A stretch of DNA of 64,000 nucleotides, taken from positions 224,001 to 288,000 of the forward strand of contig JAZAMN010000020.1 in assembly GCA_036229005.1 (NCBI GenBank). Direction: 5' to 3'. Position numbers and translations under genes: made by a program. The stretch is from Myxococcota bacterium. GTDB lineage: Bacteria > Myxococcota_A > UBA796 > CAJQPC01. Under the pieces are notes generated by a model, which had not been told where the DNA came from, ran no database searches, and was given only the letters and a program-made list of their open reading frames with translations. Shown here in pieces: positions 1 to 8,599 of the stretch. Numbering within the stretch: position 1 is the first letter of the stretch; every line of letters begins with the position of its first letter.

Positions 1-1039
1 CCTCGCAGCTTGTCCCGCCGGAGTTGCCCCCCAGGCGGTAGAGCTCCCGGCTGGTGTCGTGGTCCCAGCGGAAGGCGTCGCTGTCTGTGCTGCAGGTGAT
101 GCGCGGATCGGGCACCCCCTCACAGTCTGTGTCGTCCGGGTGCAGCTTGCACCAGCAGCGGGCGGACTCATCGTCGCTCCAGTCCTGCCGGTCGTCGAAG
201 GCGTAGCCGCTGGCCACAGACTGGTTGCTATAGTGGCCCGCGCCGTCGTTCTCCCACAGAAGGTTGGGCGCGCGTCCGTAGGAGGCCGCGAGCAGCTCCG
301 GGTAGCCGTCCCCGGTCAGATCGCAGGCCAGCGCGGACCAGGCGTTCGAGTGGGCCAGCCCCTGGTTGAGCACGCTCACGCTGCTCCAGCGCTCCGTCTT
401 GACGCCCGTGTCATAGGTCACGTCCACAAAGCTGCCTGAGCCGTCACCCTGATACAGGCGATCCTGCGCGGCGTTGTACTGCCCCACGAACAGGTCCAGG
501 CGCCCGTCCAGATCGTAGTCCGTGAAGGCCGCCCCGTAGGGGCGGTCCCCCGCCAGCACCAGGTCCCCCGCGCTGGTCTCCGAGAACACCCCGCTGCCGT
601 CGTTGAGCAGGATCTGGGAGACCGCCCCGCTCACCTGGGAGTCGTCCACGCCCACGTACAGATCCAGGTCGCCGTCGTTGTCCACGTCGCCGAAGGCCCA
701 GGTGGCCCCGCCCTGGCTCAGGCTACGCAGCCCCGACGACTCGCTGACGTCCAGGAAGCCGCCCTGCTGGTCATTGCGCAGCAGCCACAGCTTGGGGGCG
801 TCCGCGCTGCCCACGGCCATGCCATCCCGCACGGCCAGGTCCGGCCAGCCGTCGTTGTCGATGTCCACGGCCGAGATGCGCACGCCCGTGGCGCCGATCT
901 CCGACAGGCCCCAGGCCTCCGTGGCCTCTACAAAGGCGGTCTCCCCAGACTCCCACGCGCTCCCCGCGTTGCAGATCTCCGGGAGACCCGTCTCCTGGGC
1001 GTCGTCCTTCTTGCAGGCCAGCAGGGCAAGTAGCAGCAT
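1..1039 (-). CDS. FG-GAP/VCBS repeat (CRTAC1/ASPIC-UnbV-like) lipoprotein, 3' end runs off the window
   Basis: Translated by hand: MLLLALLACKKDD..., with repeats AVDIDNDGWPDL, FGDVDNDGDLDLYV, FTDYDLDGRLDLFV and CDLTGDGYPELL. AGGAG SD upstream and an in-frame TGA 3 codons before the ATG. Missing from the ORF track because it is open-ended. Confidence 0.85.
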   Translation of the reverse strand, partial: MLLLALLACKKDDAQETGLPEICNAGSAWESGETAFVEATEAWGLSEIGATGVRISAVDIDNDGWPDLAVRDGMAVGSADAPKLWLLRNDQQGGFLDVSESSGLRSLSQGGATWAFGDVDNDGDLDLYVGVDDSQVSGAVSQILLNDGSGVFSETSAGDLVLAGDRPYGAAFTDYDLDGRLDLFVGQYNAAQDRLYQGDGSGSFVDVTYDTGVKTERWSSVSVLNQGLAHSNAWSALACDLTGDGYPELLAASYGRAPNLLWENDGAGHYSNQSVASGYAFDDRQDWSDDESARCWCKLHPDDTDCEGVPDPRITCSTDSDAFRWDHDTSRELYRLGGNSGGTSCE

Positions 1040-1078
1040 GATCCGTCACTCCTGCCCAGGAGCTTAGCTGACCTGTGT

Positions 1079-2491
1079 TCAGTTGGAGCCGCCATCTGGC
1101 GAAGATCCTGAAAAGTGACCCTTCTGTCGCGCCAGGGCGGTGTCCAGATCCCAGTCTGGATCCTGCTCGCTGTCGTGGCAGCTCGTACAGACCGCCTCGA
1201 TCACACACACCGGGCAGTCCTCGCCGAGCCCCTCGATGCTGCCAGCGCCCGGTGCGTCCAGATGCGGCTGGCCTGGGCCATGGCAGCTCGCACAGGAAAC
1301 CCCGTCCTTCACCTGGTAGCCCTCCAGGCTCTTGGGGGGTGCGCCGGCCTCGACCGCGGTCGCGTGGCAGGAGACACATTGGGTGTCCTGCTGCTGCTTG
1401 CGCTTGAGCAGCTTCATCGCGCCGGCGTGGGGGCCCCTCTCCCAGGCCTGGACGGCGCCCTCGTGGCAGCTCACACAGTCCTGGGCGGCCAGGTTGTGGC
1501 CCTCTGGGAAGGCCAGCAGCGGGCGCTCCGCGCTCCCGTCGTTGAGGGCCTGGATGCGCGCCTGCAGCTCCTTCTCGCTGAGAGTGGCCGCCAGATAGTG
1601 GTCGATGTGGGGCAGGCCCTTCTCCACCGAGAAGTCGATGGAGTGCTTGGCGTCATGGCAGGTCTCACACTGCTCGGAGGCCACCACAGACTCCCCATCG
1701 TGGGGCCCACCGGCGCTGTGACAGGACTCGCAGCCCACGTGCATCAGGTCGCTCGCGTGGTCCCCCAACACAAAGCCGCTGGGCTGCCCCAGGCCGGTGA
1801 CGTGGCAGCTCACGCACTCCGGGTCCGTGGTCTTCTCGGCCTTGTAGATGGTCAGGTAGGCCACCGAGTGGTGGCTGAGCTGCCAGGAGCGGGACTCCTC
1901 CAGGTGGCAGGCGCTGCAGACTGTGTTGCCCTGATACACACCCGGCTCGAAGTGCGCGAACGCGTCCTGGCCCTGGCCCGCGCTGCGGCGCATCTTCATC
2001 AGGGTCGCGGCGCCATCGAACCAGGGGTAGTAGGCGTCCGTGGCGACGACCCCGCCCTGGCCGTCCGGCTCGAAGAGCAGCGCCGTGGGCGTGGACCGGG
2101 CCCCCACAGACCACGCGAAGCCCCGGGGGGTGTCGATCATCAGCGTGAAGGGCACCTGGTAGGTGTCCATGAACCACTGCAGCTCCTTTGGGCTGCTCCC
2201 GGAGTTGGCCACGCCGATGAACGCGACCTGGCCCTCCAGCTCCTTGGACAGCGCCACCACGCCCGGGATCGCGTGCTGGCAGTGGCTGCAGTGGGGGTTG
2301 AAGTACCAGACCAGCGTGGGCCCGGTGACGCGCTCCGCCAGCCACGCCGGCAGCTCCACCGCCTGGTTGGCCGGGGTGAGGAGTTGGGCGGTGTTCGCGG
2401 CAGGCGTGCCCTTGGACCAGGACGCGGGGGCGTCGCCGGTGCCGCCGAGGGCCAGGGGGAGGGTCAGCAGGATGGGCCAGAGGGAGCGCAT
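1079..2491 (-). CDS. Exported thioredoxin/TlpA-like domain fused to an octaheme (2 x c554-like tetraheme) cytochrome c
   Basis: Signal peptide MRSLWPILLTLPLALG, redoxin motif WYFNPHCSHC with STPT cis-Pro loop, and eight CxxCH motifs. TATACT lies 7 nt upstream of the ATG at 2491. Confidence 0.85.
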   Translation of the reverse strand: MRSLWPILLTLPLALGGTGDAPASWSKGTPAANTAQLLTPANQAVELPAWLAERVTGPTLVWYFNPHCSHCQHAIPGVVALSKELEGQVAFIGVANSGSSPKELQWFMDTYQVPFTLMIDTPRGFAWSVGARSTPTALLFEPDGQGGVVATDAYYPWFDGAATLMKMRRSAGQGQDAFAHFEPGVYQGNTVCSACHLEESRSWQLSHHSVAYLTIYKAEKTTDPECVSCHVTGLGQPSGFVLGDHASDLMHVGCESCHSAGGPHDGESVVASEQCETCHDAKHSIDFSVEKGLPHIDHYLAATLSEKELQARIQALNDGSAERPLLAFPEGHNLAAQDCVSCHEGAVQAWERGPHAGAMKLLKRKQQQDTQCVSCHATAVEAGAPPKSLEGYQVKDGVSCASCHGPGQPHLDAPGAGSIEGLGEDCPVCVIEAVCTSCHDSEQDPDWDLDTALARQKGHFSGSSPDGGSN

Positions 2492-2578
2492 GGCGGGGAG
2501 TATAGCCAGTTCACCGCGGCCGTTGAATGCCACCGTCCGGCGCCCGTAAGGAGCGCTCACCCCCAGCGCGGACGGCTC

Positions 2579-4510
2579 GTGTCTCCCCTGCTCCTGCTGG
2601 CCTGCCTGGGCCGGCCCACCCCCCACAGTCCTGAGCCCGCGGCCGCCGTTGCCGTACAGACCGTGCTCCCCGTGTCCGGCCCGGTCCGCTCAGAGGGCGA
2701 GGCGACTGTGTTCGGTTCCCCTGACTGGCGGGTCGTCGCGGTCACCGACGGCGGGGCGATCCGCAGCAGCGAGGTCCGCGGGATGCAGCTCGTCCGCAGC
2801 GATGGGGGGCACACAGACTGGCTCCCCGTCGCCGCCGGGACCTGCCAGCCCACCCAGGCGGCGCGGATCGTGTTCTGTGACCGCCGGGACTACGTGGACC
2901 TGGAGACCGGGCAGGTCCTGGCGAGCCACCCCTGGGCGCCCAACACGCCACAGACCTCAGCCGTGCTCCCCGACGGCTGGATCGCCCACATCGAGGGCTC
3001 GGCGCTGCGGGTACAGAACGCGTTCGGGGGAGGATCCGACACAGTCGAACTCCCGACCCCACCGACCGGCATTGCAGCCCTCCCTGGCGGCAGACTGCAG
3101 GTGAGCGCCGGCGAGGACGGGGGCATCTTCCTGATGCTGGACGGACACCTGGGCCAGGTCTCCCGGGGTCCCGGTCGCGGCGGCGAGCGCTGGGTCACAC
3201 AGTACACCGAGCGCGGCGCTGGCGCGCTGTTCAACGAGGGCGAGGTGCTCTTCCAGGTGGGCAACGCGGGCCGCAGCGCCTTCATCGACCACGTCTACCG
3301 CGTGGGCCAGATGCGGGTGTCCGGAGACAGCACACAGTTCGCCGCCGTGCTGGAGTTCGACCACCCCGAGACCGGCTACGAGCGCCGGGTGCAGTGGTAC
3401 CGGGTGCACCCCTACCACTTCGAGTTCATCGCCGAGCGCCCCCTGGACCGCGGAGATTGGCTCTACCCCACCCCCCACGGAGTGGTCCTGGTGGAGTGGC
3501 TGGACGGCGACCTCCACATCGAGGGTCCCGGCGGCACCCTCGCCGTGCTGGAGGAGCTCCCACAGAGCATGCACCCCCAGGTCAGCGGGGACGGCGCTCT
3601 GTGGCACCTGGGCGAGTACGGCACCACCCTGGACCCCCTGACCTGGCAGGTCTCCGGGCCCCGCCTCGCCAACCCGGGGCGCTCCCTGAGTGTCGTACAG
3701 ACCCGGGGTCCCTGGCGCGTGACCTGGGACGGGGAGACCAACGCGCTGTGGCGGGACGGGGTGTTCGTGCGCGCGCTGGACACCCGCTCTCTGGGGGGCC
3801 GGCCGGGGGGCTTCTCGGCGGACGGTGCCCGGCTGCTGGTGGGCACTCGGGTGGTGGAGACACAGAGCGGGGAGCTTCTGTACGACCTGGGGGACTGGCT
3901 CGAGGACGACGACCCCGAGCTGGCTCTGCACCCGGACGGCGAGACCGTGCTGGTCTTCTCCGAGGGGGCCGACGCAGACCAGATCAGCCGGGTGCGGCTC
4001 TCCGACGGAGAGTCTCTGTGGTCCACCCCCATCCCCCGCCGCAAGGCCAACGTGGTCACCACCCTGGCGCTCAGCGACGACGCACAGACCCTGGCCATCA
4101 GCCGCTGGCAGCGCGACCTGAGCCTGATCGATCTGGAGACCGGCGCGCTACAGTCCACCCACCGGATCGCGGGCATTCAGGAGGTGGCCTGGGGTCCCGC
4201 CGGCGAGCTCGCGCTACAGACCGCCCCCTTCACCGGGGGGACGGGCACCTACGTGCTAGAGAAGGGTCGCGTGCGGCGGGTGGAGGAGCGCACGGCCACC
4301 TACGTGGACTTCGACCCCCAAGGCCGGCTCGTGATGGCCTTCCAGAGGTGGGGCGAGCACCCCGGGAGCATCGAGCGCCTGGACCTGGAGAGCGGTGCGC
4401 TACAGACCATGGCCCTGCCCGTCAGCCTGCAGGGCCTGGAGGCCCACGGGGACCACGTCCTCCTGAGCGCCAGGTGGACCAGCGCGGTGTGGAGCCTGCC
4501 CTGGCCTTGA
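2579..4510 (+). CDS. WD40/YVTN-like beta-propeller lipoprotein
   Basis: GTG start MSPLLLLAC; repeats FSADGARLL, LHPDGETVLV, LSDDAQTLAI, FDPQGRLV. The 5' part of ORF 1115..4510 overlaps the cytochrome gene and is discarded. Confidence 0.7.
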   Translation: MSPLLLLACLGRPTPHSPEPAAAVAVQTVLPVSGPVRSEGEATVFGSPDWRVVAVTDGGAIRSSEVRGMQLVRSDGGHTDWLPVAAGTCQPTQAARIVFCDRRDYVDLETGQVLASHPWAPNTPQTSAVLPDGWIAHIEGSALRVQNAFGGGSDTVELPTPPTGIAALPGGRLQVSAGEDGGIFLMLDGHLGQVSRGPGRGGERWVTQYTERGAGALFNEGEVLFQVGNAGRSAFIDHVYRVGQMRVSGDSTQFAAVLEFDHPETGYERRVQWYRVHPYHFEFIAERPLDRGDWLYPTPHGVVLVEWLDGDLHIEGPGGTLAVLEELPQSMHPQVSGDGALWHLGEYGTTLDPLTWQVSGPRLANPGRSLSVVQTRGPWRVTWDGETNALWRDGVFVRALDTRSLGGRPGGFSADGARLLVGTRVVETQSGELLYDLGDWLEDDDPELALHPDGETVLVFSEGADADQISRVRLSDGESLWSTPIPRRKANVVTTLALSDDAQTLAISRWQRDLSLIDLETGALQSTHRIAGIQEVAWGPAGELALQTAPFTGGTGTYVLEKGRVRRVEERTATYVDFDPQGRLVMAFQRWGEHPGSIERLDLESGALQTMALPVSLQGLEAHGDHVLLSARWTSAVWSLPWP

Positions 4511-4543
4511 GTTAGGGGGAGGGCTCAGCCGGACCTCGCCTGC

Positions 4544-4924
4544 ATGCACCAGCCTGGACAGATCCATTGGTTCACCCTGCCGTCCGGCGGTGGGGAGCAG
4601 TCTGTGCCACACCCACATCTGCTCCTCTCCGTACAAGGAGACCCCTTGCACGCCCGGCTGCTTGAGGAGGGGAGGCCAGCGGGCGGCGTGGCCCTCGTGC
4701 TCTGTGGGCTCACCACCAACATGGCACGGGCCTCCTGGCAGGGCAACACAGTCCTGGACGCCGGCGAGGCCGGGCTGGAGCGCGCCAGCGTGGTGGAGCT
4801 CTCCAAGCTGGTCTGTGTGGGCCCCGAGCAGCTTGGGGAGTTCGTGGGGGTGCTTGGAGCGCGGCGCTGGGCCGAGGTGTGGGGGAAGCTGGAGTGGCTG
4901 TTGGTGGGGCGGGCGCGGCGCTGA
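4544..4924 (+). CDS. PemK/MazF-family toxin-like protein (orphan)
   Basis: 126 aa with the PemK pattern GQIHW...PHPHL...VLCGLTTN...GNTVLDAGEAGLERASVV...LGEFVGVL. Confidence 0.7.
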   Translation: MHQPGQIHWFTLPSGGGEQSVPHPHLLLSVQGDPLHARLLEEGRPAGGVALVLCGLTTNMARASWQGNTVLDAGEAGLERASVVELSKLVCVGPEQLGEFVGVLGARRWAEVWGKLEWLLVGRARR

Positions 4925-4928
4925 GGGG

Positions 4929-5609
4929 TCACAGGAGGTCGGACACGCCAGACTGGGTGCGGATGAGCACCCCTTGTGTGGGTGGGGCTGGCAGGTGGGT
5001 CTCCGTCACATAGTCGACCTCCCACAGAAAGACCGCGTCGTCCGCAAGGACCTCTGCCTGCCCGGCGCTGGCGGGGAAGACGCAGGTGTCGATGTCGGAG
5101 GACTCGGGGTCCGTGCGGTGCGAGAGCCGGACCACCAGCAAGCCCTGTTCCGTGGGAGTCCAGCTCACCTTCAGCGAGGCGCCGTGCGGCTGCTCTTCGA
5201 CCTGGACCTGGAGGTCCACCCACGGCGGGACTGTGATGGGTTCCTCCAACTGGAAGGCCGGGATGTCATCCCCTGTGGACCGCACGGTCATGGCGCTGCC
5301 CCCCGGCCAGCCCGACACCGTCGACTCCAGCGGCTCGCCGTCCAGGCTCACCTGCACCTCTCCCGCGGAGTACCAAGGGCCATCTGTGATGGTAGCGTAC
5401 CGCGACGTGCAGTCCCCCGGCTCAAGTACGGGGAGGCTGCCCCGACTCACCCAGTGCGATGCCCGGGTGCTGCGGCCGTCGACGTCTCCTCTTCCGTCCA
5501 GATAGACGACGGCGTACAGTTCCTCGAAGGGGATGGGCTCACCGCTGTCCACGCCTGTGTCGAGGCCGGTGTGCGGGGAGGGGGTGGTGCAGGCGAGGAG
5601 GAGGAGCAT
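4929..5609 (-). CDS. Hypothetical lipoprotein
   Basis: Starts MLLLLAC; protein-like composition. Confidence 0.65.
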   Translation of the reverse strand: MLLLLACTTPSPHTGLDTGVDSGEPIPFEELYAVVYLDGRGDVDGRSTRASHWVSRGSLPVLEPGDCTSRYATITDGPWYSAGEVQVSLDGEPLESTVSGWPGGSAMTVRSTGDDIPAFQLEEPITVPPWVDLQVQVEEQPHGASLKVSWTPTEQGLLVVRLSHRTDPESSDIDTCVFPASAGQAEVLADDAVFLWEVDYVTETHLPAPPTQGVLIRTQSGVSDLL

Positions 5610-5672
5610 GGGTTCCCGCAGTGTTGAGCTTGACGAGGGTCAGTGTACCCGCCGCTCAGAGGAACACAGCCC

Positions 5673-6572
5673 TCAGAGGAATACACCCGCCAGGACCGTG
5701 CCCTCGATCGCCTGCTCGGAGACGATGATGCCCTCGCGGTCCACGCGCAGCAGGCCGCGGCCGCGGCTGAGCAGGACGAGCTCCTGGCTGCCGGGGTCCC
5801 AGCCGCAGGCGACGATGTCGCCCAGGATGTCCGTGGGGGCCAGCCAAGGGTCTGTGTCACCTCCGGCGAGCGCCTCGATGCTGCGGGCGTTCCCGCCCAC
5901 ATCACAGACCATGGGCTGGCCGCCCTGGCCCAGGAAGAGGTCGGTGGTGCGGGTGCGGCTGGTGTCGTAGCGCTGGAGCACGGTCCAGCCGTCGCTGGTG
6001 CCCTGGAGGAGGCGGAGGCTGCCGTCTTCGTAGTCGACCACATACAGACCCTGGGCGCCGTCGTGGTGGACGTGCAGCAGCTCGCCGAAGCTGACGCCGG
6101 AGATCTGGGTGACCACGCCGTTGTTGTTGCGGTACAGGTTGGTCTGTGTTCCGACAATGAGCTGGCCGTTGACCCGGGTGACGTCCTGAGGGCCCAACGG
6201 GAGCTGCCCGAGCTGGACGCCCGCGCCCAGGTCGTAGATCGCCCCGTCCTCCAGCACGCCGGCCAGGTGGCTGTCGTCCTGGAGGGCGAACGCGAGCTCG
6301 ATCTCCTGCTTGCCCAGCAGAGTGGGCGCGCCGCCGACGGGCAGCTCCGTGAGCATGCGGGTGCTCAGGTCGCTGGACAAGGACACGGCCCAGCCGCCCA
6401 GCTCAGGGTCCCCCACCGGGGGGTTTGTGTCCTGGGGGTCGCTGTCCTGGGGGTCGGTGTCCGGCAGGTGGGTGTCGGCCAGACAGTCCTCGCCTGCGGC
6501 GCAGTCGATTCCGGCAGGCTGGAAGAGCACACAGCCTGAGAGGTGGGCCAGGACGGCGGGCAGCAGAGACAT
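5673..6572 (-). CDS. Hypothetical lipoprotein with D/P-rich linker and probable beta-propeller
   Basis: MSLLPAVLAHLSGC lipobox; DTDPQDSDPQDT linker. Confidence 0.65.
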   Translation of the reverse strand: MSLLPAVLAHLSGCVLFQPAGIDCAAGEDCLADTHLPDTDPQDSDPQDTNPPVGDPELGGWAVSLSSDLSTRMLTELPVGGAPTLLGKQEIELAFALQDDSHLAGVLEDGAIYDLGAGVQLGQLPLGPQDVTRVNGQLIVGTQTNLYRNNNGVVTQISGVSFGELLHVHHDGAQGLYVVDYEDGSLRLLQGTSDGWTVLQRYDTSRTRTTDLFLGQGGQPMVCDVGGNARSIEALAGGDTDPWLAPTDILGDIVACGWDPGSQELVLLSRGRGLLRVDREGIIVSEQAIEGTVLAGVFL

Positions 6573-6581
6573 GCCCTCGAC

Positions 6582-8147
6582 CTACACCGCTTGTCGTGCT
6601 TTGGCCACCCGCCGGCGCAGGAGTCCGGGCAGCAGCACAAACACAAAGGCCCAGCTCCCTCGGCAGCCGGGGCCGGTGGCGTCGGGAGCGGGCAGGACCA
6701 TGTGGCCGGCGCCCACGCGGTTGTCGGGGTCGGCCCAGGTGGGCTCGAGGGGGCGGTGGGCCTGGGACTGGAGCCAGTCGGCGGCGTCGCGGGCGGTCCA
6801 GGTGGGGTGGGCGGACATGACGACGGCGATGGTGGCAGCGGCGGCAGGGCTGGCGGCGCTGGTGCCGTAGAAGCCGGTGGGACCGTAGACGGAGCTGCTC
6901 AGGCCGTCGGGGGCGACGATGTCGGGCTTGAGGTGGCCGGCCTGGTTGGGGCCCTGGCTGGAGAAGGCCTCCAGGTTGCCCAGGTAGTTGGTGCTGGGGG
7001 CGGCGCCGACGGTGAAGGCCAGCGGGTGGGTGCCGGGGTCGGTGACGCTGCCCTGGGCCATGCTGCCCTCGACGCGGCCGGAGGTGCTGATGAGGTTCCA
7101 GCGGAAGTCGTCGTCCCCGGCGGTGCGGACGAGCTTGAGATAGGTCCACTGGTCCTCCTCCAGCCAGGCGCCGATGCGCTCGACGGGCTCGCAGCCGCCC
7201 TTGCCGGCGAGGTCGCGGGTGGCGCGGTCCAGGAGGGTGCCGTCCTCGGCGTAGAGGAAGAGGTCGACGTTGGTGTCGCCGCACTTGCCGTAGTCGTCCC
7301 AGTGGACGGAGAGGCCTCGGCGCTTGCCGGCGGTGAGGAAGATGGGGAGGAGGTCGCCGCCCTCGGCGAAGTCGTGGACGCCGTCGCCGTCGGGGTCGTT
7401 GAACTGGGCCTGGTAGTGGCCGCGGGCGTAGTTTCCGGCGGAGGTGACCAGCAGGACGCCGCCCTCGGAGAGGGACTCCACCACGTCGCCGGCGGGGCCG
7501 GTGCCGTCGTAGAAGCTGGAGTTGAAGAAGCTCATGGAGAGCGTGAGGACGTCGATCTCGTTGCGGATGGCCCAGGCGGCGGCGTTCTCGAAGGTGGTGA
7601 GGCCGTTGACGCGGACCAGGTGGAGTTCGACCTGGGGGGCGAGGTCGCGGACCACCTCGGCGCAGGCCAGGCCGTGGGCACCGACCTCGTAGGCAAAGCG
7701 GGGGGCCAGGGAGTCGATGGGGGGCGTGCAGCCCTCCTGGGCCCAGCAGTCCCAGGACTCGAAGTCGCCGAGCTCGTCGGTCTCGAGCTCCGTGCCATAC
7801 CACTGGAGGTCCAGGACGGCGACCTTGACGCCCTGGCCCTGGTAGCCGGCGTCGTGCCAGGGCTGGAGGCCGATGGCGTCGATGCCCTCGCTGGCGCTCC
7901 ACTGGCCGAGCTCGATGACACCGACGGGCTCGGGGAGCCAGGCGCCGGACTCCGGGGGGGCCGCGAGCAGGGCGTGGGTAGCCGAGCGGGACAGGGCGCC
8001 GGGGGCGTTGGGGTCGGGGACGCGGACCAGCTCCTCGATGAGGAGGTCGCCGAGCTCGGGGTCCTGGGCGTGGGCGGGGCTCAGGAGGGTGGCGAGGAGG
8101 GGCAGCACGCCGAGAGGGTAGCCGAGTTGGGGTGGGTGATGGGGCAC
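6582..8147 (-). CDS. S8 (subtilisin-like) serine peptidase with MYXO-CTERM-like tail; true start may be ~13 codons downstream
   Basis: Triad motifs VAVLDLQ, HGLACAE and GTSAASP; SAGN oxyanion motif; FSSQGP and KPDIVAP; C-terminus GC + hydrophobic stretch + RRR. Confidence 0.85.
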   Translation of the reverse strand: MPHHPPQLGYPLGVLPLLATLLSPAHAQDPELGDLLIEELVRVPDPNAPGALSRSATHALLAAPPESGAWLPEPVGVIELGQWSASEGIDAIGLQPWHDAGYQGQGVKVAVLDLQWYGTELETDELGDFESWDCWAQEGCTPPIDSLAPRFAYEVGAHGLACAEVVRDLAPQVELHLVRVNGLTTFENAAAWAIRNEIDVLTLSMSFFNSSFYDGTGPAGDVVESLSEGGVLLVTSAGNYARGHYQAQFNDPDGDGVHDFAEGGDLLPIFLTAGKRRGLSVHWDDYGKCGDTNVDLFLYAEDGTLLDRATRDLAGKGGCEPVERIGAWLEEDQWTYLKLVRTAGDDDFRWNLISTSGRVEGSMAQGSVTDPGTHPLAFTVGAAPSTNYLGNLEAFSSQGPNQAGHLKPDIVAPDGLSSSVYGPTGFYGTSAASPAAAATIAVVMSAHPTWTARDAADWLQSQAHRPLEPTWADPDNRVGAGHMVLPAPDATGPGCRGSWAFVFVLLPGLLRRRVAKARQAV

Positions 8148-8222
8148 GAGGGGGGTGGGTGAAATGGCACAAGGCGAGGCACGAAGGGTCGGGACGCGGC
8201 GAGGGGGCCTCGTGAGGGCGGC

Positions 8223-8520
8223 GGCGACGGCCGGCGACCGGAAACCGGCGATGACCTGGGAGGAAGCTTCGTTGGTGGTGGCAGCCGACTTGTGGCGGCG
8301 TATCGGGGAGGGCCCTCGCGACGCGAGAGGCCACGGGGTCGGAGAGGGCGGCGGAGCGGGTTCGGCGATGACCGCGCTGCGATCAGCACAACGCCATGCC
8401 CCGATACCTGCCTCCTGACTCCTGACTCCCGGCCCCCCTCATTCCCCTCGGTCAGAGCCTCCACCACCCGAGCCTCCCCTCCCCGTCATGCCGGTCTCCG
8501 GTCGCCTGTCGCCGGTCGCC
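8223..8520. repeat. Intergenic element with ~60-bp imperfect inverted arms and heptamer tandem repeats
   Basis: 8233-8286 GGCGACCGGAAACCGGCGATGAC..GGTGGTGG matches the reverse complement of 8457-8506; related motifs occur at 59183-59363. Confidence 0.6.
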
Positions 8521-8599
8521 CGCAGTCCAAGCCAGCCCAAAGCGCCCAGCCAGATCCACCAACGCCAAAGCCGGCACACATCTTGCTCCGGTCGCGCGC

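Noticed and set aside
1115..2578. 5' extension of the 1131-aa ORF
   Set aside because: Antisense to the octaheme cytochrome; the credible start is the GTG at 2579 with a lipobox.
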